Assembly: GCA_964409875.1 (NCBI GenBank)
Contig: CAYPEN010000005.1
Coordinates: 11,569 to 75,568, forward strand
Reading direction: 5' to 3'
Origin: an uncultured Gammaproteobacteria bacterium
Lineage (GTDB): Bacteria > Patescibacteriota > Microgenomatia > Levybacterales > GWA1-39-11
Length of the DNA stretch: 64,000 nucleotides
Shown here: one piece after another, positions 18,794-32,329 of the stretch
Layout of the letters: every line of letters starts with the position of its first letter
Position numbering within the stretch: position 1 is the first letter of the stretch
Notes under the pieces: generated by a model
The model's database searches: none
Seen by the model: the letters and a program-made list of their open reading frames with translations, nothing else
Told to the model about the DNA's origin: nothing
Made by a program: the position numbers and the translations under genes

Positions 18794-20067
18794 TGCTCAT
18801 GAACTTACCTACGTCACTGCTTAAACCCATTTTCCCATTGCTTGCCGTGATCATCTTGCTCACTGGTTGTAGCAAAGCGCCATCCACTGCGTCTGCTGAA
18901 GCAGACGAGCACGGCGATCACGCAGAATCCGAAGCTGTCGAATTTGAGCGCGGACCGCACAATGGACGGTTACTGCGCGAAGGCGATTTCGCCGTCGAAC
19001 TCACCATTTTTGAAAACGGCGTTCCGCCCGAGTTTCGCGTGTACATGACGCACGAAGGCAAACCGATCAAGCCGGCGACGACCGCGCTCAGCATTCAACT
19101 CAATCGCTTTGCCGGTGTGGTGGATCAACACAGCTTCGCAGTAAAAGACGATTACTTGGTCAGTAAAGCCGAGGTGTACGAACCGCACTCATTCGATGTG
19201 ACGGTGATTGCTGAATACGACGGCCATCGTCATCGCTGGACCTATGCCTCCTACGAAGGTCGCACCGTTATCGATGCCGCCATGGCAAAAACGCAAGGCA
19301 TCGCAACGCAGCCTGTCGGTACCGGCAACATCAAGGAGCGTGTCGCGCTTTACGGCACGATCCAGCCCGATGCCACGCGGGTGCGGTCTGTCGTCGCGCG
19401 CTTTCCAGGTGTGATTCGCAGCGTCGATGCCGCGCTCGGCGAGCAGGTTCGCGCCGGCCAAACACTGGCGCGCATCGAAAGCAACGAAAGTTTGCAAACC
19501 TACACCGTGACAGCGCCAATCGCCGGCACGGTTATCCAGCGTCACGCCAACCCCGGTGAAGCCACCGGATCGGAGCCATTGTTTGAAATCGCCGACTACA
19601 CGCAGGTGTGGGCGCTGCTGAATGTCTTCCCACGCGATCGTGCGCGCATCCATACCGGCCAGGCCGTGGCGATTAACGCGGCCGATGGCGCGGCCATTGG
19701 CACTGGCACCATCGCCGCCATCGGTGTCGGTACCAACACGCCATCGTCGCTCAGCGCGCGCGTGATTCTCGATAATCGCAATGCGCAATGGACACCAGGG
19801 CAATTCGTCAACGCGGAAGTGACCGTCGCCGAAACCGCAGCGCCGTTGGTGTTGCCGATCAGTGCGCTGCAAACCTTTCGCGGCTGGGACGTGGTGTTTC
19901 TGAATACCGGCGACACCTACCAAGCACAGCCTGTTGAGCTTGGAAAGCGCGATGGCGAGGTGGTGGAAATTACCGGCGGCTTGAGTGCGGGCATGCCAGT
20001 AGTCGTTGCCAACTCTTATCTGGTGAAGGCCGATATCGAAAAGTCGGGAGCGAGTCATGACCATTAA
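18793..20067 (+). CDS. czcB: RND membrane fusion protein
   Basis: GPHNGRLL, EPHSFDV, biotinyl-lipoyl-like hairpin, C-terminal KSGASHDH. Confidence 0.88.
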   Translation: MLMNLPTSLLKPIFPLLAVIILLTGCSKAPSTASAEADEHGDHAESEAVEFERGPHNGRLLREGDFAVELTIFENGVPPEFRVYMTHEGKPIKPATTALSIQLNRFAGVVDQHSFAVKDDYLVSKAEVYEPHSFDVTVIAEYDGHRHRWTYASYEGRTVIDAAMAKTQGIATQPVGTGNIKERVALYGTIQPDATRVRSVVARFPGVIRSVDAALGEQVRAGQTLARIESNESLQTYTVTAPIAGTVIQRHANPGEATGSEPLFEIADYTQVWALLNVFPRDRARIHTGQAVAINAADGAAIGTGTIAAIGVGTNTPSSLSARVILDNRNAQWTPGQFVNAEVTVAETAAPLVLPISALQTFRGWDVVFLNTGDTYQAQPVELGKRDGEVVEITGGLSAGMPVVVANSYLVKADIEKSGASHDH

Positions 20068-23256
<3,189 letters not shown>

Positions 23257-23314
23257 TAATACAATTCTCATCCGCGAAAATACGGCTGTGTGTGAAACGC
23301 GTTAGGAGCTGAGA

Positions 23315-23938
23315 GTGAACGACGAAAGAAAATCGCATTGGGAAACGGTTTACACCACGAAGGACTCCCAGTCGATGAGCTGGTATCAGCCGCACGCGAA
23401 ATTATCGCTCGCCTGGATCACGCATGCCGGTGTCGGGCACGACGGCGCGATTATCGATGTGGGTGGCGGAGCCTCCACGCTGGTCGATGATTTACTCGCT
23501 GCGGGGTATCAGAACCTGACAGTGCTCGATCTCTCGGGGGCGGCACTTAACGTTGCGTTACAACGGTTGGGGCCGCAGGCGGCGAAGGTCAATTGGTGCG
23601 AGGCCGACGTGACAACGGCTGATTTTGCGGAGCAGTCATTTGATATTTGGCACGACCGTGCCGTTTTTCATTTTCTGACGGAACTCTCTGATCGTAAGGC
23701 GTATGTGGAACAACTGCATCGCGCCGTAAAATCTGGAGGCCACGTCATTATCGCGACGTTTAGTTTAGAGGGGCCGCTGCGCTGCAGCGGCTTACCTATC
23801 GTGCAATATTCAGCGGAAATACTTCAACCGGAATTAGGGCCGCAATTTCAATTAATCGAGCAAGCGAACGAGCGGCATGTGACGCCCTCGGGTGCCGAAC
23901 AGCATTTTATTTATTGTCATTTCATCAAGCGTGATTAG
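23315..23938 (+). CDS. Class I SAM-dependent methyltransferase
   Basis: IIDVGGGAS, WHDRAVFHFL, CSGL. Confidence 0.88.
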   Translation: MNDERKSHWETVYTTKDSQSMSWYQPHAKLSLAWITHAGVGHDGAIIDVGGGASTLVDDLLAAGYQNLTVLDLSGAALNVALQRLGPQAAKVNWCEADVTTADFAEQSFDIWHDRAVFHFLTELSDRKAYVEQLHRAVKSGGHVIIATFSLEGPLRCSGLPIVQYSAEILQPELGPQFQLIEQANERHVTPSGAEQHFIYCHFIKRD

Positions 23939-23993
23939 GCGGAAAAGCCAAAACGAATTTCAGAAAGTGTTGCCAATTTAAACGGAGATATGT

Positions 23994-25043
23994 GTGCGCA
24001 CGATGAATGTCGGAGTGATGGCTGCATTGAGTGCGGCGATATTGTTTGGTGCGGGCACACCGCTGGCCAAATTACTGCTCACTCAGATCAGTCCGTGGTT
24101 GCTGGCCGCGTTGTTATATTTAGGTTCGGGTGTGGGTCTATGGATACTACGTCGTATTCGTCGAGCACCCGCTGTACATTTAAGGACTAACGACTGGGCT
24201 TGGCTTGCGAGTGCGATATTTTTTGGCGGTGTAGTCGGCCCCGTGTTGTTAATGCTTGGCTTATCAAAAATGCCAGCGGCCGGTGCTTCGCTTCTGCTCA
24301 ATGCCGAAGGCGTATTCACTGCTTTACTCGCATGGTTTGCGTTCAAAGAAAATTTTGATCGACGCATTGCTCTCGGCATGGTCGCAATCATGGCGGGCGC
24401 GGTGGTATTAAGTTGGCCTACGCATCACTTTCAATTAAACAGCGTATGGCCCGGACTACTGGTATTAGGCGCGTGCTTGGCGTGGGGGCTCGATAATAAT
24501 TTAACGCGTAAGGTTGCACTGACCGATGCGTCTTTTATCGCGATGACCAAGGGGCTTGTTGCGGGAGGTACCAATTTTTTGCTGGCGTTGACCGTGCAGG
24601 TGACGTGGCCAGCGACCGGCACCATCGCAAGCGCAGCTTTGCTGGGATTTATTTGCTACGGCATGAGCTTGACGTTATTTGTGATCGGATTGCGCCATCT
24701 CGGTACCGCACGCACCGGCGCGTATTTTTCCATCGCGCCTTTTTGCGGCGCGTTACTGGCGATTCTATTGCTCGGCGAGTCCGTTACCGCGCAACTATTA
24801 TTAGCCGGTTGTTTGATGGCCATCGGGGTCGGTTTACATCTTCTTGAACGGCACAGCCACGCCCATCAGCATTTGGTGTTAACGCATTATCATGAACACA
24901 CGCACGATGGTGATGACCACCATCGTCATGCGCATGATAAGCCCATCGCCCACGGAACAACGCACGCCCACGAGCATCGACACGATGCGTTGCGCCATAC
25001 CCATGCGCATTATCCCGATGCACATCATCAACATTCGCATTGA
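23994..25043 (+). CDS. DMT/EamA transporter with His-rich C-terminal tail
   Basis: About 10 hydrophobic segments, LGTARTGAYFS, long HxH tail. Confidence 0.88.
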   Translation: MRTMNVGVMAALSAAILFGAGTPLAKLLLTQISPWLLAALLYLGSGVGLWILRRIRRAPAVHLRTNDWAWLASAIFFGGVVGPVLLMLGLSKMPAAGASLLLNAEGVFTALLAWFAFKENFDRRIALGMVAIMAGAVVLSWPTHHFQLNSVWPGLLVLGACLAWGLDNNLTRKVALTDASFIAMTKGLVAGGTNFLLALTVQVTWPATGTIASAALLGFICYGMSLTLFVIGLRHLGTARTGAYFSIAPFCGALLAILLLGESVTAQLLLAGCLMAIGVGLHLLERHSHAHQHLVLTHYHEHTHDGDDHHRHAHDKPIAHGTTHAHEHRHDALRHTHAHYPDAHHQHSH

Positions 25044-25088
25044 GTCCAGTATGATCGGGCTGCTTCAAACCACCCTCTATTATCGAAA

Positions 25089-25112
25089 GTCCGCTTTCAG
25101 GATACTGCGCGC
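25089..25112. repeat. dif-like site variant at module junction
   Basis: GTCCGCTTT-CAGGAT-ACTGCGCGC, close to the breakpoint of the LLM gene. Confidence 0.4.
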
Positions 25113-25127
25113 TAGAAATGCCAAATG

Positions 25128-25401
25128 GAGGCAGGATGGCGATGCAGCTGTTGACGCGAATACGCTCAGTCGCGCCGGCCCAATACGCCATCGCCGAGTA
25201 CGCTGAAAAGTAATGCGGCCCGGACAGCTCGACATGGCCACTGGGAACGATGTGATGCTCGGGCACTGAGATCATTTCGTAACCGAGTTTTTCGGCCAAC
25301 TTGGCAAGACGTGTCTGATCCGCACCAGTCACGGCAGCCTCCCACGGCTGAGTCATCGCCTTTAGCCGCAGCATGTGCGGCATCGAAAATCCCAACTTCA
25401 T
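25128..25401 (-). pseudogene. Truncated LLM-class (luciferase-like) oxidoreductase, N-terminal ~90 aa
   Basis: MKLGF...AEKLGYEMISVPEHH...AGATERIRVNSCIAILP, then unrelated sequence running antisense into the DMT gene. Confidence 0.8.
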
Positions 25402-25429
25402 GATCCACCTCTTTTTGCTTATTTAGATT

Positions 25430-26278
25430 TCAGAACCCCATGGCCGCCGTGTGTCCGCCGTCGACGAGAATGTCGCAGGCGGTGACAAAGCTGGCCGCAG
25501 GTGAACAAAGGAATACGGCCATTGCAGCCACCTCTTCCGCTCGTCCCATGCGTCCGCTAGCGGAGTTGAAGATCATGCGTTGCGCCAAGCTTTCTGCATT
25601 CGCCTGCCCCACACGTGTTTCGCCGCGGCTTATAGATGCCTCGGCGCGCGTCATCGGCGTGTCGATCGCACCGGGAGACAGGGAGATGAGCCGGACGCCA
25701 CGCTCGCCAAAACTCCTGGCTTCACGCTTCACTAGCGCGCGCACACCGAGCTTGGATAGCGGGTAGGCGATGTCTGAAATGGGAGCGAGATGAACCAGCG
25801 ATACGGAGCCTGCTGGCGGCAGCGGCGCGGTAAAGGCTGCTGCAGCTTCGGGCGGCATAGGGAAATAACTGGAGTTCGACGCGAACAGTACTACCGCCGA
25901 GCCTTGCGCCATGCGGTTTCGAATAGCCTCGACCAAGCGTACGGTGGCGTCGAGGTTGATCGCGAGGATACGCTCAGGCGAACCCATCGCCGGTGAAATT
26001 CCAGCGGTGTGGACCAGTGCAGCGATAGGTCTGTCGCCCAATACGGACAGCACCTTGCTTGGGAAGGCCAGGTCAGCAACGTCCCCAGCGACAATCTCCA
26101 CCTTCGCGCCTTTTTCGCGCAGCGGCGCCGCTGTCGCCTCAAGGCGGCTAACATCCATGTCGCAAAGCAGCAGCTCGCTCCAGCCCGCTTCAACCAGCTG
26201 AAGCGCCGTGGCTGAGCCCATGCCACCCGCCGCCCCGGTCACTACCACAACACCTTTCGGCAAGACCTGTTCAGTCAT
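25430..26278 (-). CDS. SDR-family oxidoreductase
   Basis: VVTGAAGGMG, YPLSK, SLSPGAIDT, DGG. Confidence 0.9.
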   Translation of the reverse strand: MTEQVLPKGVVVVTGAAGGMGSATALQLVEAGWSELLLCDMDVSRLEATAAPLREKGAKVEIVAGDVADLAFPSKVLSVLGDRPIAALVHTAGISPAMGSPERILAINLDATVRLVEAIRNRMAQGSAVVLFASNSSYFPMPPEAAAAFTAPLPPAGSVSLVHLAPISDIAYPLSKLGVRALVKREARSFGERGVRLISLSPGAIDTPMTRAEASISRGETRVGQANAESLAQRMIFNSASGRMGRAEEVAAMAVFLCSPAASFVTACDILVDGGHTAAMGF

Positions 26279-26291
26279 GAATTCTCTCCAA

Positions 26292-28412
26292 TTAAATTTT
26301 TGCTGCGACATCCGCTGCGTTGCGGACGGCACCAACGATGTAACCAACACCGGCGCAGTCGCCGACCATGTGGGATTCCACTCCGGCTGCGACCAATTGG
26401 TCATAAAGGGCGGTATTTGGCTCAGCGCCCTTGGCGATGATCACCGTGTCGGCGGTCACTGCGCAGGCGTCGCCAGCCTTGTTCGTAAAAGTGACGTCCT
26501 TTGCGTTTATGCGAATGGCGCTGCAGCCCGGATGCAGTGCGATGTCCGCAAGCGGCATTTCATCGAGCATGACCGAGCGCCGAGCGACCGACAGGCCTCG
26601 CCCGAACTTGTCCTCATCGCCAACCACCGTGACGTGGCGACCGCGCTCATGCAGGAATTCAGCGAGTTCGAGTCCAACCAGTTCACCGCCGATGATCACG
26701 ACGCGATCGCCGATGGGCATCCACAACTTGCTGGCCTTGCGGACAAGTTCAGGATTGTTCGTGACACCCAATGTCCGCGCCGCACCCACAGCAAGACGCT
26801 CGACAAGAGAGGCCTTGGAGGTCGCCCCCTCGGTCTCCTCTCCCAGCAAGAGCGCACGCAGCGAGAGGCCGTCATGCACATGCGGTAGGTGTTTCCCTTC
26901 GATCTCGGGTGCACGTCGGATGGCGCCAGTTGCGACCACTACGGCATCGGGGCGCAAGGCGGAGATACTCTCCAGCGTAGCCTTATGATTGAGGCGAATA
27001 TCGACCCGCAAATCGGTCAGTCGCGCCTTCAACCATTCGACAAAATCGCCATTGGGCGCATAGGCAATAGCGGCGATACGGGCAGTGCCGCCCAGCTGTG
27101 CACCAGCCTCTAACAAGGTAACGGAATGGCCGCGCAGGGTAAGCCGGCGCGCGGCTTCCATGCCGCCTGGGCCGCCTCCGACTACGACCACCCGGCGCGG
27201 CTTCTGCGTTGGGGCAAGAAGATTGTCTTTTTCAAAGCCCACATCGGCATTCACGGCACAGCGCAGTGGTTGATGCAACATCGCCTGGCTGAGGCAGGTG
27301 TAGCAATAAATGCAGGGGCGTACGGCTTTCGCGCCACCCTCGGCAAGATGCCGCACAAAATCGTTATCGGCGATCTGCTTGCGCCCCATCGCCATGAAAT
27401 CAAACTTGCCATCTGCGATCGCCTGATCTGCAACATCCGGATCGATGCGCCCGACCGTAACCACCGGAATCGAAACGGTCGCCTTGATTGCGGCTGCAAA
27501 AGGAATCAGCTTGCCCGGTTCATGTGGCAGATAGGAGCTGAACAGCGCGCGGGGAATGCCGTAGTTGTGCGATGCGCTGACTGTGATCGCATCGACTCCG
27601 GCCGCTTCAGCGATGCGCGCCACTGCGCATGCATCTTCGAGTTGCAAACCACCCTCGATGTAAAACTCGGTCGCATTGATCTTGCACAGCATCGGAAAGT
27701 CACGCCCGATGCGCTGGCGTATCGCTTCAAGAATTTCTCGCAATAGGCGCGCGCGGTTTTCCATCGAGCCACCGTACTGATCGGTACGGCGGTTTTCAGC
27801 AGGCGAAAGAAACGAGTTGATGATGTAACTGTGCGCAGCATGAACTTCGACGGCGTCGAATCCCGCTGCAACGGCGCGGGCAGCGCCGGCGGCAAAGCTC
27901 TCAATCAACTGTGCGATATCGTCGAGCGTCATCTCCTTGAATGAAGGCATCACCCCGCCGCCAAAGTGCGACTGCGCCAGTTCTTCCGGCAGCAGCGCAT
28001 CTTTCATGCTTGCGCCTCCTGCCAGCTTTGGCATCGACGGCAGCGTAACCGTCCGCCCGGATGCCATATCACAGGCCGCCGAGAGACCACCATGATGAAG
28101 CTGCGCCGAGATGCGCCCGCCGTTGCGATGCACGGCATCGGTGATGCGCTTGAGGTCTGGCAGAAAACGGTCGTCCGAAATTCCCACCTGATTGGTTTGC
28201 ACCTGACCATGGGGATAACTCACGCCAACGGCACCCATGGTGACCAGTGCCGCACCACCCGCTGCTCGTGCAGCATAGAAAGCGATGATGTCTTCGCTGA
28301 TAGTGCCATCGGCGTTGGCAAGATTGGTTCCCATCGCGGTCTGGAACAGCCGGTTTTTAAGCTCTAGTGTTCCAATCCGTCCCGGAGCTAGCAGATGAGT
28401 GTAATTAGACAT
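26292..28412 (-). CDS. NADH:flavin oxidoreductase (OYE/2,4-dienoyl-CoA reductase-like, Fe-S)
   Basis: LKNRL, AGFDAVEVHAAHSY, NRRTDQYGGS, CIYCYTC...CAVN, GGGPGGMEAA. Confidence 0.92.
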   Translation of the reverse strand: MSNYTHLLAPGRIGTLELKNRLFQTAMGTNLANADGTISEDIIAFYAARAAGGAALVTMGAVGVSYPHGQVQTNQVGISDDRFLPDLKRITDAVHRNGGRISAQLHHGGLSAACDMASGRTVTLPSMPKLAGGASMKDALLPEELAQSHFGGGVMPSFKEMTLDDIAQLIESFAAGAARAVAAGFDAVEVHAAHSYIINSFLSPAENRRTDQYGGSMENRARLLREILEAIRQRIGRDFPMLCKINATEFYIEGGLQLEDACAVARIAEAAGVDAITVSASHNYGIPRALFSSYLPHEPGKLIPFAAAIKATVSIPVVTVGRIDPDVADQAIADGKFDFMAMGRKQIADNDFVRHLAEGGAKAVRPCIYCYTCLSQAMLHQPLRCAVNADVGFEKDNLLAPTQKPRRVVVVGGGPGGMEAARRLTLRGHSVTLLEAGAQLGGTARIAAIAYAPNGDFVEWLKARLTDLRVDIRLNHKATLESISALRPDAVVVATGAIRRAPEIEGKHLPHVHDGLSLRALLLGEETEGATSKASLVERLAVGAARTLGVTNNPELVRKASKLWMPIGDRVVIIGGELVGLELAEFLHERGRHVTVVGDEDKFGRGLSVARRSVMLDEMPLADIALHPGCSAIRINAKDVTFTNKAGDACAVTADTVIIAKGAEPNTALYDQLVAAGVESHMVGDCAGVGYIVGAVRNAADVAAKI

Positions 28413-28442
28413 GACCGCTCCTAAGCGCCTAGGCACCATTGT

Positions 28443-28456
28443 GTAGTGGCCACTAC
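28443..28456. promoter_or_regulatory. Candidate TetR operator (second copy at 28526-28539)
   Basis: Perfect palindrome GTAGTGGCCACTAC in a divergent intergenic region. Confidence 0.65.
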
Positions 28457-28513
28457 TCTACCGGGCCAACTCGGTGGCGGCAAGGAAATTAAATCCTTAC
28501 ACAGCAATGTGTT

Positions 28514-29278
28514 ATGATATTTAATGTAGTAGCCACTTTACTGCTAGGCACCCGAGCCAAGAAGTACCTACAGCAAGCATCCAGGCCACCTGCCGGCAAC
28601 CACCGAGAGAGAACTTCGTTGGACGAAAAATTGAAATTGAAAGTGCAGCGGGCCGCCAGCGGACGCAGACGCCGGTCAACCAAAGAGGTGATGAATCGAT
28701 TGATGGGTGCCGCCTGTGAGGAATTTGAATCCAACGGCTACACACGGACCAAAACGGCAACCATCGCACAAAAGGCCGGAGTGAGTGAAACACTGTTATT
28801 CAAGTATTTCGGCTCCAAAGCCAACCTGTTCCAAGATGCGATTTTCAAAGCGTTCAATCAGCACTTTACGGAGTTCAAAACTGCGCACCCCATTGCCGAG
28901 AACGACACAGAAGCTCGTCTCGAAGTTACCAAACAATATATCGGCGAGGTGCAGAATTTCCTTTCGCAGCATTCGCGAATGCTGATGCTCTTGATTACGT
29001 CGCAAAGCTACGAATCCGACGAAATTCAGGGGATCGACGACGTTACGGGACTGCATGATTATCTGCTAACGACTTCAAAAATTATTGAAAGTCGATTGCA
29101 AGAAACGCCCAACATCGACCCACTGCTGATGGCATGTATTTCATTTTCGACAATTATGTCGTGTGCTTTATTCAAAGACTGGCTGTTCCCCAAAGGGGCT
29201 GCCGATGATCAAGCAATCAATGTGGCAGTTAGAAATTTCGTGCTTGGCGGCGTGAGCGCAAACCTTATCAAGCAATGA
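28514..29278 (+). CDS. TetR-family regulator (true start probably near 28619-28649)
   Basis: AACEEFESNGY...IAQKAGVSETLLFKYFGSK HTH. Confidence 0.88.
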   Translation: MIFNVVATLLLGTRAKKYLQQASRPPAGNHRERTSLDEKLKLKVQRAASGRRRRSTKEVMNRLMGAACEEFESNGYTRTKTATIAQKAGVSETLLFKYFGSKANLFQDAIFKAFNQHFTEFKTAHPIAENDTEARLEVTKQYIGEVQNFLSQHSRMLMLLITSQSYESDEIQGIDDVTGLHDYLLTTSKIIESRLQETPNIDPLLMACISFSTIMSCALFKDWLFPKGAADDQAINVAVRNFVLGGVSANLIKQ

Positions 29279-29318
29279 TCGACATTCGAAATATCGCGCT
29301 GACGTCAGGAGTAATCAA

Positions 29319-29789
29319 ATGCCATCGCGCCGCGAAATCATCACGATGACACCCGAAGAAATTCGGACCTACCTCGCATCGCGTACGCGGATCATTGTCG
29401 TCACCAACGGATTTAACGGGCTGCCACACCCGATACCTATGAATTACGGCTTGGACGCGGAGGGCCGCATCCTCGTCACCACTTTTCGCAAAAGTCAGAA
29501 AGTGAAGAACCTTGAACGCGACCCGCGCGCGACATTGCTGATCGAAAGTGGAGAAAACTACACGCAACTCAAATCGGTGATTGCTTATGCAGACGCCGAA
29601 ATTATTTATGATCCGGAATTAATCGCGAGTTGTATGCAGATGATTCGTGCCGACGATGTATTGAAAGAGAGTCTCAGCGCATCGATGAGCGCGCAGGTTC
29701 AAGCATCGCTAAGTAAACGCGCCGTCGTCCGTTTCACGCCATTTCGCTATGTCAGCTGGGATCATTCAAGGCTGGGTGAGTTTTACTGA
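29319..29789 (+). CDS. Pyridoxamine 5'-phosphate oxidase-like split-barrel flavin/deazaflavin protein
   Basis: GLPHPIPM.Y, KSQKVKNLERDPRATLLIE, SWDH. Confidence 0.82.
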   Translation: MPSRREIITMTPEEIRTYLASRTRIIVVTNGFNGLPHPIPMNYGLDAEGRILVTTFRKSQKVKNLERDPRATLLIESGENYTQLKSVIAYADAEIIYDPELIASCMQMIRADDVLKESLSASMSAQVQASLSKRAVVRFTPFRYVSWDHSRLGEFY

Positions 29790-29793
29790 CCAA

Positions 29794-30537
29794 TCAAATC
29801 CCCGCAGCGAATCCACCGCCGACTCGCAGCGTTTCTCCAGTGATAAATTTCGCCTTGGAAGACGCCAGGAACAGCATGGCCTCCACGATATCCTGTTCGT
29901 CTCCGTCATCTGAAAGATATTGCATGGATTTAATACGCGATAATGTTTCGGGAGCCATTTCGGAGCGGATGGTATCGGTGAGAATCACGCCGGGCGCGAT
30001 GGCATTCACTCGAATGCCATCGGTTGCCAGCTCGCGCGCAAAGGTCATCGTTAGGCCAATCACGGCAAGCTTCGAGGTGCCATAACCGCCACCCATAAAC
30101 GCTGAGCTTGAAGAAATATTGACGATGTTCGCTCCCTTGCGGCCAACCATGTGCGGTTGTGCCGCCAGCGTACAGGCAACGGTTCCCACCACGTTGACTT
30201 CAAACAATCGCCGAGTTTTAGCAACACCCATCTCAGCAAGTGGGCGGCTATATTCGTGACTGTGCAGGCCGGCATTGTTGATGAGGATATCAATCCCACC
30301 ATAAGTTCGCGCTACCTCAGATAGGACAGCATTAATTCGCGCCTCATCGGTTATATCGGCAGCATAGCCACAGGTCGTGCCGCCAATTTCTGCGGCAGCT
30401 GCCTCCGCCGCGGCACCATCAAGATCGATCAAAATAACGACAGCCCCTTCGCGCGCAAGAGCAGCACCAAATGCTTTGCCGAACCCGCGTGCGCCGCCCG
30501 TGATAACTGCGACCTTTCTCGTATATTCACCGCTCAT
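29794..30537 (-). CDS. SDR-family oxidoreductase
   Basis: TGGARGFG, NNAG, YGTSK, VNAIAPG. Confidence 0.92.
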   Translation of the reverse strand: MSGEYTRKVAVITGGARGFGKAFGAALAREGAVVILIDLDGAAAEAAAAEIGGTTCGYAADITDEARINAVLSEVARTYGGIDILINNAGLHSHEYSRPLAEMGVAKTRRLFEVNVVGTVACTLAAQPHMVGRKGANIVNISSSSAFMGGGYGTSKLAVIGLTMTFARELATDGIRVNAIAPGVILTDTIRSEMAPETLSRIKSMQYLSDDGDEQDIVEAMLFLASSKAKFITGETLRVGGGFAAGI

Positions 30538-30599
30538 AATTATTTCTCTACCTGTTGTGTTAGTACTGCGCACTCAGTGTCGTGACGTTTAATACGGCG

Positions 30600-31349
30600 C
30601 TAATTTGTGAGTGCAGCCTCAATCAATAGTGCCTCTGCAAAAGCCTGGGGGCGCGTCATCATTCCTTGATGGCCTGCGTCGATGCGTACGATGTGATTAG
30701 CATGGAGCCGATCCGCAAAGCGTTGCTGCCAGACAGGAGGAACGGCGCGGTCTTGAAGAAAAATGATATAGCTTGCCGGGATCAACTTCAGGTAATCGCG
30801 TCGCCACTCACGGTGCGCATAGGAACTCACCGGCCAACAATCTTTGCTCATGCCATCGAGTAGTCTGGCGCGCTGCTCGGCATTCATATCGTGGCAGAAA
30901 ATGCGTTCGTAGCGTTCGTTGGTAGGCGTGGTTACAACGTCGACAAACCAACCCACTTCGCAGGAATTCTCTCCCTGTTTACTTTTGCCCATCATTTCCG
31001 GAATGGTTTGCCCTCGACGAGGCGCGGAACAACTCGTGTAAATCAAACGCTTAAATAAATCTGGACGCAATTCAGCCATGCGTGGCATTACTGTGCCAGC
31101 CTGTGAATGACCGACCAGAATTACATCGCGCAGTCCGGATGCTTCAATATCCGCAATGAGTTCATTGACGATGTCTTCGTAAGCGATAGCGCTGGTGTCT
31201 CGCCCGCGTTTAGTGCCGCAACCCGGCGCATCGAGCGCGAGCGTGTTGCACGCGTTTCCAGTTTGAGCTGCAAGAGCGGCGATGGTCTCATCCCAAACCC
31301 AACTTCCCTGTCCGCCGCCGTGCATGAATACAAAATTGATTCTTTCCAT
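30600..31349 (-). CDS. Alpha/beta hydrolase
   Basis: FVFMHGG.QGSWVW, GHSQAG nucleophile motif, D and GH of the triad. Confidence 0.88.
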   Translation of the reverse strand: MERINFVFMHGGGQGSWVWDETIAALAAQTGNACNTLALDAPGCGTKRGRDTSAIAYEDIVNELIADIEASGLRDVILVGHSQAGTVMPRMAELRPDLFKRLIYTSCSAPRRGQTIPEMMGKSKQGENSCEVGWFVDVVTTPTNERYERIFCHDMNAEQRARLLDGMSKDCWPVSSYAHREWRRDYLKLIPASYIIFLQDRAVPPVWQQRFADRLHANHIVRIDAGHQGMMTRPQAFAEALLIEAALTN

Positions 31350-31363
31350 ACGGCGCCTCTTGC

Positions 31364-32164
31364 TTAAGACTTCAATGCAAGATCGAGAAATGGCATGGCT
31401 GCATCGCGCAATGAAACAAATGCAGGTTTTTCTCCAAGCGCTTCACCGAGTAGGCGCACATCTTTTGCGAGCAAGCCTGCGCCGTGCTTGAAGGCAGCCG
31501 GATTCGGCATTCGTGAACAAACTTCAAAACCGAAACTGCGTCCACTGCTGACTTTAACGAGTTCAATAATTGCAGTGCGATCGATACCGAGCGCTGTTGC
31601 CGCCTCCAAACCGCTGTGCGCGATCGCGACATGGGCTGCCATCAATGCATTGTTGACGAGCTTGGCCATCTGTCCTGCACCGACCTCCCCCAAATGAACG
31701 ATCAACCCTGCAAAGGTTTCTAATATGGGGCGCGCAGCAGCGAGCGCCTCAGCATCGCCACCCACCATAACCGTTAGGGTGCCTGCCGCCGCGCCTGGAC
31801 CGCCGCCACTGACCGGTGCATCAAGGAATGCTATGCCGCGCTCGGCAGCTTGCTTTGCCAGCTTTTTGCATAAATCAGGCTGCACGGTGGAATGAATCAT
31901 GATGCAACCACCGGGGCGCATCGCAGGAATTAACTCATCGCAGATTTGCTGCACGCCAGCATCATCGACGACGCAAATACCGACATGCACCACCTGCGCG
32001 CCCAGCTCGGCAATGCTCTCGGCAATCTCTGCACTGGTGTCCGCAAAAGGTTCGAGGGTCTTGCTATTACGAGCCCAGAGCATAACTGAATAGCCGGCGT
32101 CGATAATGCGCCGAGCCATGGGGCCGCCCTGACTACCCAGACCGATAAACCCTACTTTCGCCAT
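31364..32164 (-). CDS. Beta-hydroxyacid dehydrogenase (3-hydroxyisobutyrate DH family)
   Basis: GFIGLGSQG, DAPVSGG, KLVNN. Confidence 0.9.
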   Translation of the reverse strand: MAKVGFIGLGSQGGPMARRIIDAGYSVMLWARNSKTLEPFADTSAEIAESIAELGAQVVHVGICVVDDAGVQQICDELIPAMRPGGCIMIHSTVQPDLCKKLAKQAAERGIAFLDAPVSGGGPGAAAGTLTVMVGGDAEALAAARPILETFAGLIVHLGEVGAGQMAKLVNNALMAAHVAIAHSGLEAATALGIDRTAIIELVKVSSGRSFGFEVCSRMPNPAAFKHGAGLLAKDVRLLGEALGEKPAFVSLRDAAMPFLDLALKS

Positions 32165-32228
32165 AACCCTGCCTCAACCGTCAGCCGCGCCGTCATTGGT
32201 GCGGCTTTATGATAGTATCACGCTAAAT

Positions 32229-32310
32229 TAAGTCAATTGACTTATATGTTTTCGTGATAATTTAGGGGTTATGTGCAAAAATTCTAACCAATAGAAAGTC
32301 ATATGACTTA
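32229..32310. promoter_or_regulatory. Two candidate TetR operators
   Basis: Palindromes TAAGTCAATTGACTTA (32229-32244) and AAGTCATATGACTT (32296-32309). Confidence 0.7.
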
Positions 32311-32329
32311 CTTTCGGTGAGCAGCAATA

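Noticed and set aside
24850-25043. CAY-rich low-complexity DNA as a repeat element
   Set aside because: Explained by the poly-His coding tail
24784-25127. C-terminal half of the 205-aa ORF as real protein
   Set aside because: It is read-through across the junction and antisense to the His-rich DMT tail
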